A stretch of DNA of 54,271 nucleotides, filler included, from Stramenopiles sp. TOSAG23-2 (lineage: Eukaryota): assembly GCA_900128395.1 (NCBI GenBank). It is 3 parts of 3 records of this genome, joined end to end, with 100 filler letters (N's around TTAATTAATTAA, not from the genome) between each part and the next. Parts side by side here need not be neighbours in the genome. Positions count along the whole stretch, not along the records: positions 1 to 18,160 come from LT649616.1; positions 18,261 to 36,293 come from LT649617.1; 1 more part is not named here. One strand, written 5' to 3'. Of the stretch, positions 10,974 to 22,400 are shown piece by piece. How positions within the stretch are numbered: position 1 is the first letter of the stretch; each line of letters begins with the position of its first letter. The notes below the pieces were generated by a model, which had not been told where the DNA came from, searched no databases, and was given only the letters and a program-made list of their open reading frames with translations. Position numbers and translations under genes: made by a program.

Positions 10974-11621
10974 ATATTGAAATTTAAGTATATGTTTTGG
11001 CTTTTTAGAAAATTAAATTGGAAATACAAATTACCACCGTTCCATTTATAATGATGCAAAAAATTACATTCATTCATTTTCAAAGGTGGATTTTGTTTTC
11101 CTGAAAATAAAATTTTTTCTCGTAGTGCTATTACGGCCTAAATGACGTAATGCTATTCACCTACTATATATTTAAGGTTATTCTCATCTGGCAGAAGGTC
11201 TGCCATTAGATTATCGAGTAGATATACCCTTGATTTCGACGAGTAAATAGACCCCACCTACCACCTGGTGGTATGGGTTGTATATCACATATTATAATAC
11301 ACTACAAAATACGATACTCCTATACTATATAATACCAAATTAAAATGTACAATTTAAATTGAATGAAGATGATGAAAAAATTTCCTTAAAAATAAATACA
11401 TTGTGCCATTCAAAATTCAAATAGAAAAAATAATAATATAATAAAAATAAAACTGTACAATATATAAATATCCAATACAAATATATATATATATATATAT
11501 CCAATGCAAATATATGTATATATATATATTCACCCTATACGTAAAAATTATTTTTTACAAAAAAAGAACACACACACACACACGTATATACAGAATAAAT
11601 AAATAAATACAAAAAAAAAAT

Positions 11622-11807
11622 ACAAAAAAACAATCATGTCGGATGATGATGTTCCACCAATACAATTTTCAGATTTATTAATGGTACCTTCACCAGATGT
11701 TGAGTCGACGGGAGACAAAAAAACAATCATGTCGGATGATGATGTTCCACCAATACAATTTTCAGATTTATTAATGGTACCTTCACCAGATGTTGAGTCG
11801 ACTGGAG
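11622..11807. repeat. 93-bp tandem duplication spanning the Aladin start codon
   Basis: MSDDDVPPIQFSDLLMVPSPDVESTG is encoded twice (ATG 11636 and 11729); one mismatch at the junction. Confidence 0.9.
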
Positions 11808-13366
11808 AAGTAGATGGGCAATTTATTACATATAACGGACTTGTGAATAGAGAGAATGATGCATGTCAAGGATTCTTTTCTAATGATTTTAAATTACCTC
11901 AAGGTCAAGTACCATTTTTAAAAATAATAGTAGAGGATACAATAACGTGGAATGAAGAAGAACAAAGGCTTTATCACGATAATAAAAAAGGTAATAATAT
12001 TAATAATAATAAACATATTGGAAAAAGTAGTGACAACAATAAAATACCAAAACAGGTAAAAGATTTTTTCATGGAAACTATTAGATATTCTAGCAGCAAT
12101 TTATATAATTATTTCGGAAAACAAATTCCAAAAGCGATCCCGTTTAATCTGACAAATACTTTAATTAAAGCTATTGCTTTTCATCCATATTTAAAACGTA
12201 TAGCGGTTGCACGCGATGACGATGTTGTATGTGTGTATGATCTTCAACGTACACAATGGTTGCCATTACGACTTTCACATGAATTTCAAACAAATATTAA
12301 ATGCTTAGAATGGCAACCAATGTCTGGTTCACGATTAGCAATTGGTTGTGAAAATGGTATTTGTTTATGGCGAATTGTTGATATGGATGGTAATAATAGT
12401 AATGAACGACAACGAGATAGGGGTAAAGCATGGATGCGATTATATGCAACTTCAAAACATCATGATATTGTATCTATATCATGGTGTCCACGTGGGGATT
12501 TATTAGCTTCTGCTAGTCCATCTTCCTCGGATGTCATGATATGGAACGTGGATACGGGTCTTAGCACCCCATTAACATGTACATATGGCCATGGTGTCCA
12601 TATCGTACGTTGGAGTTATAATTCTTATTATTTATTTGCTGGTGCATTTACGAATAAAATATTTATATGGGAAACACGTTCATGGAGATGTGAAAGCTGG
12701 AAATTAACAAATGGGATGTGTCAATGTGCTACATGGAGCCCTGATGGCGAATTGATTGTCTTTTCAGAGACAGGCACGAGTGCACTGTGGACATTAGCAT
12801 TGCATCATACCCCACCAAGAATCGATGGCGAATTGATGAAAATGAAAATTGATGTTGGTTTATTTTACAACTTAGACCTGGCTAATAACCTGCATGAGGG
12901 TGGTGGAGCGAAGCGGATGGTATCAACTGAAAGGAGTGAAATGGGAAATAATAATAATAATAATAACGACACACCACTTGTTCATCAAGATGAAAATGGT
13001 AATGAAATATATTTAAATGTAAGGGAGTTAGCATGGTCATTTGATCGTAGGGGGCAAAGATTAGCATTAACAGTAACACCAATGGTACGAGGAGGAAAAG
13101 GAAGTGATCAAAAAAATGGTACGAATGATGACAAACCGACAAAATTAGACGGGGATGAATTGATTATGATATATAATGTCTTTTATAGACCAAAATTACG
13201 GTTTAGCCCAAGTGGATTTTTTCGATCATCACAAGATGCAAAAAGTCCATATGGTATTCATTTTTGGCCTGCATGTCGTAATGGCGCATTGTTGGCAAGT
13301 GCATGGATGAATGGCGTAATTACGGTGTATCCATTATTGTATCGATGCCAGTTAGGGGAGGATTAA
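11636..13366 (+). CDS. AAAS: Aladin (WD40 nucleoporin); true start may be 11729
   Basis: IAFHPY...IAVA..DD.V.VYD, PLRLSHEFQ, LEWQPMSGSRLAIGC..GICLW and WCPRGDLLASAS match the Aladin pattern. Confidence 0.85.
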   Translation: MSDDDVPPIQFSDLLMVPSPDVESTGDKKTIMSDDDVPPIQFSDLLMVPSPDVESTGEVDGQFITYNGLVNRENDACQGFFSNDFKLPQGQVPFLKIIVEDTITWNEEEQRLYHDNKKGNNINNNKHIGKSSDNNKIPKQVKDFFMETIRYSSSNLYNYFGKQIPKAIPFNLTNTLIKAIAFHPYLKRIAVARDDDVVCVYDLQRTQWLPLRLSHEFQTNIKCLEWQPMSGSRLAIGCENGICLWRIVDMDGNNSNERQRDRGKAWMRLYATSKHHDIVSISWCPRGDLLASASPSSSDVMIWNVDTGLSTPLTCTYGHGVHIVRWSYNSYYLFAGAFTNKIFIWETRSWRCESWKLTNGMCQCATWSPDGELIVFSETGTSALWTLALHHTPPRIDGELMKMKIDVGLFYNLDLANNLHEGGGAKRMVSTERSEMGNNNNNNNDTPLVHQDENGNEIYLNVRELAWSFDRRGQRLALTVTPMVRGGKGSDQKNGTNDDKPTKLDGDELIMIYNVFYRPKLRFSPSGFFRSSQDAKSPYGIHFWPACRNGALLASAWMNGVITVYPLLYRCQLGED

Positions 13367-13617
13367 AAAATTAAAAAATTAAAATAAAAATAACGCGTAT
13401 TTTTGATATGTTTTTACAAAAATGCATTAATGCCATTTATAAATGATACTCTTTATTTTGTAAAAATTTTATTTATTTTATCTCTCTATTATCTCATATA
13501 TTTCATAGTCATATTTTAACCATCATTTATCATATTTTTCAAGCATATACGTTATTTTTTTACGGTTCGTATAATATATTAAACCTTTTTATATTAATAC
13601 ATATCATAAATCTTTTT

Positions 13618-16155
13618 TTACATATTAAAATGTGGAACGAGAAACATCCATTGTCCCGTTCGTGGTTCATACGATTTAAATTTAAACCCTAAATTTTCAT
13701 TGTATTTCTTTAATTCATTTTCATATTCTTGCAAATCATCTTCATCCGATTCTGGAAAAATATTATTCATGGTCAACATTGCACGTTTGTTTAAACCATT
13801 GCCAGTTTTTGGTAAGGATTCCAATTGTATTCCAGGTGGCAATTCATCGTCATGGTAAACAAAAATAGAACCATCGCCAATATAAACAATTTTATCTAAT
13901 TCCAATCCACGTAAATCGACGGCGTCGATCCATTTGATTGATCCATGTTCACTATGTATCACTTCAAAACCGTTTACGGATGATAATTGTTCATCTGTCA
14001 TTTCTTGTAAATCTGCTAATGGTGGATTAGTTGAAAGTTTGTTGTTTTTATTTGTTGGTGGGTTTTTGGATGGTAGTGATGGTTTGATGTTGTTGTTAAA
14101 ATTCATGCTGTTTTTTTTCGTTTCATTATCATCATCGTTATCATCATCGTTATTGTTGTTATTATTGTTCTTATTGTTATAATTATTATTAGTTGCAGGA
14201 GTATCAACAACAAAACTAACTCGGCTATTGCTACTACTACGATTAGTACTACTAGGACTAAATGCTGTTGTTAATTGATTATTATTATTATGATTTGCAT
14301 CATTTTCATTATTATTATCATCATCATCTTCAATTGTTAAATGCCTGGCATTACGACGTCGAAACATGTCTGGGGATAATACTTGATTGATTTGTGTATC
14401 ATCAAACAATGATTGTGATACATTTTTTGATACGTAATGTGTCCCTCCAATACTACGTGGTCGGATTGGGGAATTCGTTTGTTGTTGCATTTGTAATCTT
14501 CTTGATTGCCTTGAACGTGTTTGATTTAATTGATATTTATTATTATTATTATTATTATTACTATCCAAGTTAGCATTTTGTTCATGAGATTTTAAAAGTC
14601 GTATATTTTCTTCCAGTGTTATTGCTGTTCCGGAGGAACGTCCACGTGGCAATTGTGCCATCAAAGCCATGTGTGGCATGAGACCCATGTTGGCACCACC
14701 ACGCATATTCATCATGTTGTTGTTGACGCCACCCATCATGGCCATATTATTTCCCATATTATTACCAAGTCCACCACCCAAGGACATATTGGTTCCAAGG
14801 CCGCCACTTATGGCATTTCCACCGTTGTTGCCAAACAAGCCACCACTTGTGCTCGTGTTACCAAATAATCCACCTGTTGCTGGTTTCGAACCGCCGAACA
14901 ATCCACCACCTGTTGCACCACTTGTAGTACTGTTAAATAATCCACCACTTTTATTCGTCGTCGCAGCACCAAACAACCCACCGCTAGTAGTATTATTTGT
15001 TGTATTGTTACCAAATAAACCGCCACCAGTTGTACCAGTATTGGTTTTCGTACTACCACCAAACAAACCACCACCAGTTGCAGTATTACTTGCAGCGCCA
15101 AAAGCATTACCGCCACCAAAACCAGTGGTTGTTTTTGCACCGCCAAACATTCCACCAGTGGCTGTATTACTTGTTGCGCCAAACATTCCACCAGTGGCTG
15201 TATTATTTGTTTTTGCATTGCCAAACATACCGGTAGTATTACTAGTTGTATTGCCAAATGCATTACCACCACCAAAACCGGTAGTTGTTTTTGCAGCGCC
15301 AAACATATTATTTTTGTTAGTTGCGCCGCCGAAACCACTTGTCGTGTTACTAGCAGCACCAAAACCACCAGTATTTCCTGCAGCGCCAAACATTCCACCA
15401 ACTGCAGTATTAGTGGTTGTTGCACCAGCTACCCCAGCTCCACCTCTGCTGGCGTAGTCACCCCAACGTAACTCATCTGCTGACTTAAGTTGGTATTGTG
15501 GCATTGCGGAGATACTTAAAAGTACCTCCGCACCATTATTTTTATTGGTTGTTTGATATGGCACCGTCCCGGTACCCATCAATTGACCTCCAACATTACC
15601 TCCAACATTACCCCCAAAACCACCACCAACTGCTGTATTGGTACCAAAACCACTCCCTCCATTTACACCACCAAATGCACCTACAGTTGATTTGTTACCA
15701 AATGCATTACCTCCAACATTACCCCCAAAACCAGTAGTTGTATTTGTTCCAAATGCATTTCCATTGGAACCAAATGCATTTCCTCCCCCACTGCCAAATC
15801 CACCAGAAGTTGTTGATGCTCCAAATGCATTTCCCCCGCCTCCACCGAAGCCACCTTTGTTTTGATTACCAAACCCATTTCCACCACCATTAAAACCATT
15901 TGGTTTTTGATTATTATTACCGAAGCCTCCACTAGTTGTACCACCGCCAAATCCTCCACCACTGCCAAATCCATTATTTGTTTGACCAAATCCCCCTCCC
16001 CCTCCAGTATTTGTTGCACCGAATCCACCACCTCCATTGTTGGTTGCATTACCAAAACCAGATTTCACCCCAAAACCTGTGCTACCAAAAGGTGTTTGCG
16101 CTGGTGTGTTACTGCCAAAAGCAAGTTTTTCAATCCAATTTCCGCACAACATCAT
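13618..16155 (-). CDS. NUP98: Nup98-like FG/GLFG nucleoporin (start uncertain)
   Basis: FG/GLFG/GMFG repeats; GLEBS-like SISAMPQYQLKSADELRWGDY; C-terminal Nucleoporin2/autoproteolytic-type domain (GSIKW, VDLRGLELDKIV, GNGLNKRA, GQWMFLVPHF). Confidence 0.88.
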   Translation of the reverse strand: MMLCGNWIEKLAFGSNTPAQTPFGSTGFGVKSGFGNATNNGGGGFGATNTGGGGGFGQTNNGFGSGGGFGGGTTSGGFGNNNQKPNGFNGGGNGFGNQNKGGFGGGGGNAFGASTTSGGFGSGGGNAFGSNGNAFGTNTTTGFGGNVGGNAFGNKSTVGAFGGVNGGSGFGTNTAVGGGFGGNVGGNVGGQLMGTGTVPYQTTNKNNGAEVLLSISAMPQYQLKSADELRWGDYASRGGAGVAGATTTNTAVGGMFGAAGNTGGFGAASNTTSGFGGATNKNNMFGAAKTTTGFGGGNAFGNTTSNTTGMFGNAKTNNTATGGMFGATSNTATGGMFGGAKTTTGFGGGNAFGAASNTATGGGLFGGSTKTNTGTTGGGLFGNNTTNNTTSGGLFGAATTNKSGGLFNSTTSGATGGGLFGGSKPATGGLFGNTSTSGGLFGNNGGNAISGGLGTNMSLGGGLGNNMGNNMAMMGGVNNNMMNMRGGANMGLMPHMALMAQLPRGRSSGTAITLEENIRLLKSHEQNANLDSNNNNNNNKYQLNQTRSRQSRRLQMQQQTNSPIRPRSIGGTHYVSKNVSQSLFDDTQINQVLSPDMFRRRNARHLTIEDDDDNNNENDANHNNNNQLTTAFSPSSTNRSSSNSRVSFVVDTPATNNNYNNKNNNNNNNDDDNDDDNETKKNSMNFNNNIKPSLPSKNPPTNKNNKLSTNPPLADLQEMTDEQLSSVNGFEVIHSEHGSIKWIDAVDLRGLELDKIVYIGDGSIFVYHDDELPPGIQLESLPKTGNGLNKRAMLTMNNIFPESDEDDLQEYENELKKYNENLGFKFKSYEPRTGQWMFLVPHFNM

Positions 16156-18160
16156 ATACAACCAAAAATTTCCCACATCCAAAAAACCATACCATACACA
16201 ACAATATACCAACACCAACCCATGTCCATTCCAACCAGATTGGATCACTTCGATATATTTGAATTGTATATGCATTTGAATTATAAATTGGTTCCATCGT
16301 CAACAATAGTGAATCATCATCATCATCATCATCATTACCATTACCCTTATTACCCCCTGCCCCTCCTCCTCCTCCCACTGATTTCCAATACCATGCATTT
16401 GAATGTTTCAAACATTTATTACCAACACAATCCATACAATCATCTTCGTCACAACCATTTGGTAATTCATGATAATCATTACATGTTATTTTTGATAAAA
16501 ATTCACGTGCAAATGATGTATATAAAAAGCTTTCATCGCGTTGAACATATTTAGATAGTAATAAATCATCCTCATCACTATCACTACTTAAACCAATATT
16601 AAATTCATTTGCAATTGTACAGGTAGGACTATGCCAACTAATCAATGTACAATTTATTAAATCATTTACTAATGTTTCATTTACAATTAATGTTAATGGT
16701 ATTGTTTTCATCGTTTGTAATATTTTTCCATCATTATTTAAATCATCTGTTATTGACATGACATATAATGCTTTTGCTAATGTATTTGAAAATTTATATA
16801 AATCTTTACGATTAATATTATCAATATTATCCAACATGGAATGATAATATTTATTTCCATATGTTGATTGATAACCAGTCAATACGGCACTTTTTGATTT
16901 TGGATTTGGTCCAAATTGTATTTTATCTGCATGTTTTAAAAACGAATCTAATGGTGATGGTGGTATATTTTTATTATTATCATCAAGAATATTATTATTA
17001 TTAGATGGAATATCTTTTGGAATAATTCCTGATTTAATTGGCATTATCGTATTTACAACATCTTTATTTCCATATTGATGTAATGTTTTAAACATGTTAA
17101 TAATTGGATTGTTGTTGTTATTATTATTTGTTGGGTGATTATTATTATCATCATCATCATCTTCAGGACTAAAAATGTACATATCGTTATGCTTCGCTCC
17201 ACCAACCCCATGCAGGTTATTCGCTCCACCAACATCGGGCAGGTTATCAACCTCAGGCAGGCTAACCCCAACTTGATCAATAGATAATATATATTCTAAA
17301 TTTTCATTTAAATCAAACATGGATAGTGGTGAAATATACCCATTCGATGCATAGCCTTCCATGGATGTTCCAGTTAAATTACATGATGGTATATTCCATC
17401 CATCCATTCCATTTTTCACATGTTTATCTTTTGGGCATTTGTATATTAATGCATTAACAAATTGTTTACTACCTTGTTGATTCTGGATTTCACCGTTAAA
17501 CAACCCAATAACAATTTCACGTTTTACATTTGCAACATCATCAATTTGTTGTTGTAGTGATGATGATTTATTATTATTATTATGAAAAAAATAAGATGAT
17601 AATGCATCAATAGCTGCTAATATTGCAATATAACCAGAGGTACCAGAATTACCACCTTTTCCTTGATTATAAAATAATGATGTACTATCTATACCAGTTG
17701 TAACCAGAATTTTTTTTTTCTTAGTTGCTGTTGTTGTTATTGTCGTACTACTAATTTGTTTTTTGGAATTGCTATTTCCATTATTATTATTATTATTATC
17801 ATCATTATTGTTATTCACGACGACATTGTTATTATTATTATTCACGACATTCTTCTTCTTATTATTATTATTATTACTTCTTCTTGATGGATCAAAGGTA
17901 CCCCAAACACTATAATAATGATGTACTATCTATACCAGTTGTAACCAGAATTTTTTTTTTCTTAGTTGCTGTTGTTGTTATTGTCGTACTACTAATTTGT
18001 TTTTTGGAATTGCTATTTCCATTAATATTATTATTATTATCATCATTATTGTTATTCACGACGACATTGTTATTATTATTATTCACGACATTCTTCTTCT
18101 TATTATTATTATTATTACTTCTTCTTGATGGATCAAAGGTACCCCAAACACTATATCCTT
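16130..18160 (-). CDS. NCSTN: Nicastrin (gamma-secretase subunit), 5'-truncated by the contig end
   Basis: GYSVWGT at the contig edge, IDSTSLF, LFNGE...GSKQFV, IDQVG, IPPSPLDSFL, NKYYHSMLD, C-terminal TM helix and short tail; a 241-bp duplication breaks the frame at the 5' end. Confidence 0.85.
17674..18155. repeat. 241-bp tandem duplication at contig end (probable artefact)
   Basis: 17674-17914 matches 17915-18155 with one substitution; length is not a multiple of 3. Confidence 0.88.
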
Positions 18161-18260
18161 NNNNNNNNNNNNNNNNNNNNNNNNNNNNNNNNNNNNNNNN
18201 NNNNTTAATTAATTAANNNNNNNNNNNNNNNNNNNNNNNNNNNNNNNNNNNNNNNNNNNN
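18161..18260. other. Artificial contig-joining linker
   Basis: 44 N + TTAATTAATTAA (stops in all six frames) + 44 N = 100 nt. Confidence 0.97.
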
Positions 18261-18389
18261 TATAATTGCAGTCCCTGCTATTAAACATATTAACGATAAA
18301 TCAAATGGCGCAACAACTCCAAAATTAGCTGCAGCAAAGCTGGCAAGAATACCGGCAACAATGGCAACGATACCATTTAAATAAAAAAC
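18261..18389 (-). CDS. Fragment of an MFSD5/MOT2-like (molybdate-anion) MFS transporter
   Basis: FYLNGIVAIVAGILASFAAANFGVVAPFDLSLICLIAG resembles the NG.VAI..G...VAPFD segment of the MFSD5 family; runs into the gap. Confidence 0.6.
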
Positions 18390-18693
18390 TAAATACCAAG
18401 CACACAACAAAAAGACCAATGCAAACAAGTCTTTTAATTTTGAAGATATCAAAAAAAGCTTTTATAGTACCGTTAATGCGGCAAAAAAAGAGAATTTACA
18501 AAATAAATCGACTACTCAAAATGGTACGACGGGTGACTCTTTGAAAAAACTATTTATTGTATCAGTGGGCTCAAATATAAAACGTAGTATTGCTTTGCAT
18601 GTCTCAAAGCTTCTTGATATTGCAATCGGTGCTGAACTTTCCACCGTTAATTATACATATAGAGCAGAAGCTGTACTCATGCTGCTATTTTAA
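18385..18693 (+). other. Start-less 102-codon open frame, probable fragment of an unrelated CDS
   Basis: Stop-free from 18385 to TAA 18691-18693 with coding-like composition; no recognisable family. Confidence 0.35.
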
Positions 18694-19481
18694 TTGATGT
18701 TGTTTTTATTTTAAAATAATACTACTGATGATGATGCTAGTAACAATATATATATATGTATGTATGTATGTATCTTTTTACACAAAAAGAAAAAAGAACA
18801 AAAAAAACCTTTCCTATATACTGGTTTATATATATTCCATCGACACATATATATATACCATATAAAATGTTATAGGCAAAACGTATAAAAAAAAAAAAAA
18901 CGTCTCTATTTTTTTGTTATAGAATTTGTGTTAATTTATCCTATCAACTGGCAATAATTTATACTTGAATGTGGAAATTAGAATACCAGAAACTCAGAAT
19001 CTTTATACTAAAAATCTGATTTTACCTATCAAAGGAAAATACGTGGTAGCTAAAGCTACTTTATACTTGAAAGGAATAGTTCCCTACCACCAGTGGTAGT
19101 GGGTAGCTAGAGATTTAAGCAACCTTTATAGTTAGAATATTAGAATATAGTTTTGTATTTGAAAAATAAATAAAAAATAGAGCCTTCGAGTTGCCTCATG
19201 TTGGTGTTTTCAAAACCAGCCGGCTAACAGGTACATATCATTACTGGATCATGATCAAAAACACAATTTATCATCAAATCTCCATATACCACGAACTAAA
19301 AAAAACATTTCAAAAATAAATATATTTATCAAAATCATATTGAAACCCGGGGAAACATACAGTATTATTATTATCATTCACTAGTATAATTAGATTAAGT
19401 TTTAAAGAAAAGAGGAATACTACACATATATATATACATTAAAAAGAAGGAGAAAAAAAAAAGGTTACCATTTCATCAACC

Positions 19482-22400
19482 ATGTCGGAACCATCGGAAA
19501 AAGAATCCAAATCCGATCGTTGGTCAGATTTACCGGAATATGACGTTGAAAAATTAGATTATGATTACGTTGGAAAATGTGAAAATTTACAAGAGTTAAA
19601 GGATATTTATACTGTTTTGACAAGTGGGAAAGAAGGTCGTTATTTTGAATTGGAAAAGTTCACCGAAGAAAGAATGATTAAGTTTATGTCACCCAAAGAA
19701 AAAACATTATGGATTGCAAGGCACAGAGAAGTTACACAAGCTGAAAAACTGGAAGCTGCTGACGATATTTTAAACTGGGCTTCAAATATGAAACAAACGG
19801 ATGAAGAGTTACGTGCTGTTAGTGAACAACAACAAGGGGGAAATGCAAATAAAAACGAATCGAAGTATAATCAAGACGATGATGGCGAAGATTCAGATGA
19901 TAATGGTGATATATTTACAGAGAAGAAGGCAAAGGTTGTAATATCATCAAATTCTTCTACAAATAATAGTCATTTACCACCAGTTAGAAACCAAATTAAC
20001 AGCAACGCTAGTACTCGTAACAGTACGGTAAAGCCAAACAACGGACAAGACAGTGATGACGACGATGAGGAGGAAAGTAATAGTAAACCGGTGGATCCAA
20101 AAGACAAGAAATATCGTTACAGCTATGATTATTTCAAAGAATGGGATAAATTCGATATTGAGGGTGAACTTAGTAAAATTGATGATCTTGAAAAGCGAGA
20201 GGAAGAACGGAAACAAGCAAGAGAACGAAGAAATAAAGAGAAAGAAAAAGAAAGGTTTAAACGCATGGAACGTGATTTAAAAGCATTGGGGTTAAGATCT
20301 GACATGTTAAGTCAAATGAGCATGCCAAAGCGTAAAGTTATTGCTGAGAAAGAGAAGCAAAAAGGTAATGAATGTTTCCGCTCAAAAGAATTTGATGAAG
20401 CATACATGTATTATTCACGAAGTCTTTTTTTCGATAATAGTAATCATATCGTATATGCAAATCGTGCAATGGCCAATTTACGTTTAAAGAAATTTGATAA
20501 GGCAGAAGAAGATTGCTCACGCTCATTGGCAATTGAACCAACGTATGTTAAAGCATTGACCAGGCGTGGTATGGCACGGCATAAGCGTGGTAAATACTTA
20601 GAAGCGATTGAGGATTTTAAAACTGCTATTGAATTGCAACCATCAAATAAGGAATTGAGGAAATTAATGCAAAGTTCAAAGAAAATGTATGCAGATGTTG
20701 GTGGGATCGTAACAGGGGGTAAAGCTGCGGAGCAGAAAAAATCGACTAGAATATCCATTGTTGAGGTAGATGATGATGAGGATGAAAGCAGTGAAGAAGA
20801 AGAAGATGATGATGATGATAGTAAGGAAGACGGTGAAGAAGAAGGAGGTACAGATGCAGTGTTTATAAGTGCAAAGAAATTTCAAGGTGCAAAACCAGGC
20901 TATGTATTTAAAAAAGATACTAAAGGTCTTGGTTATTATCTTGATCCAAAACAAAAAAAAGTTATTACGAAGACGACCGTAAACCCTGTCGATACAGGTG
21001 CGAAAAAAGCAAAATCTTCTGATTCACCGAAATCAGTCGATAGCGATGGCTACGTGCAACTTGAATCTCCAACTCACAAGGATGTGGCTATGTCAGATGA
21101 TGAGCGAATACAAGCTGGTAGTGAAGCAAAAACACAAGGTAGCAATTTTTTCAAAAGTGGAAAATTGGAAGATGCATTTCGTTCCTTTTCACGTGCCATT
21201 GATTTATTTCCCACTGGACATGAAGAAGAAATTAAATGCCTGAACAACCGTGCTTTGGTCTGTATGAGATTGGCAAGGCATGAAGATGTTGTTCAAGATT
21301 GTACACGGGTTCTTGAAAGTAAAAGTGGAAAAGATAATGTTAAAGCGTTATTGCGTAGGGGTGCTGCCAGGGAGGAAATAGAAGATTTTCAAGGGGCGCT
21401 TGATGATATGTGTACGGTAATGAAGCTTGATCCATCCCGTGAACCTGTCTCTAAAGCAATATCACGTTTGTTAGTTAAAATACAAAATAATGGAAATAAG
21501 AAATCGTCATCCACCAACAATAAGAAAAAGAAAGATAAGAAAAAAGAAGCAATGAAGAAAAAGTCAGCAGCAGAGAAAGATAACAAAAAGACAAAAGATG
21601 AAGAGAAAATTATCAAGAATGCAAAAGCAAAAGCAGTCAAGGAGAAGAAAAAAGCAGCTGCTGCTGCGGCAAAAGAAAAAGTTGTAGAAAAGAAAAAAAA
21701 GGAAGAAGTGCCAAAGGCACCTCAAGTGGAAGCTACCAAGCCAAAAGTTCCAGAAATTGTTAAGGAAGAAGAAAAATTGACTAAATCTGCGGAAGAGTAT
21801 AAAGACGATGGTAATGCATTTTTCAAAGCAAAAAAATACACAGATGCAATAAGTTCATACGATAAAGCGATCAAAGTAGATAAGAAATGTATCCCTGCTA
21901 TAGCTAACCGAGCGATGGCGAAATTGCAAGTTAAAGACTATGAAGGAACCGTTGCAGATTGTACAAATGGTATCAGCTATTTAAATGTTGACAAGGAAAG
22001 CAACCGCACAATGCATGTAAAACTTTTATATCGTCGCGCAATGGGCAATAAATCCCTAGGTAAATTGTCAACTGCTTTGGATGATTTTAATACAATTCTT
22101 GCAAAGGAACCGGGAAATAAACGTGCATTGAAAGAAAAAGAACAAATATCCAAAATTGTAGCACCACCACAAAATCCTGAAACTGTTAATCGTGTGCAAC
22201 GTATGAGAGATGCAAATACACTAGCTGAAAAAGCAGCGAAAGCATTAAGTGAACGTAAAGGCAAAATGACATTCAATGCTCCAAATTCATATCTTGAATT
22301 TGAAAAAGCTAGGAAAGAATTGCAATCTAACATATCTGAATTTGCTGAATATTTACTTTTGGTTAAACCAAAGAAATTGAAAAAAATTTTAAAATCATCC

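Noticed and set aside
14669-16554. Pro/Val-rich plus-strand ORFs
   Set aside because: Antisense shadows of the Nup98 FG repeats and the nicastrin 3' end
18205-18216. TTAATTAATTAA palindrome between N runs (also 36338-36349)
   Set aside because: Identical 100-nt synthetic linker with six-frame stops; not biological
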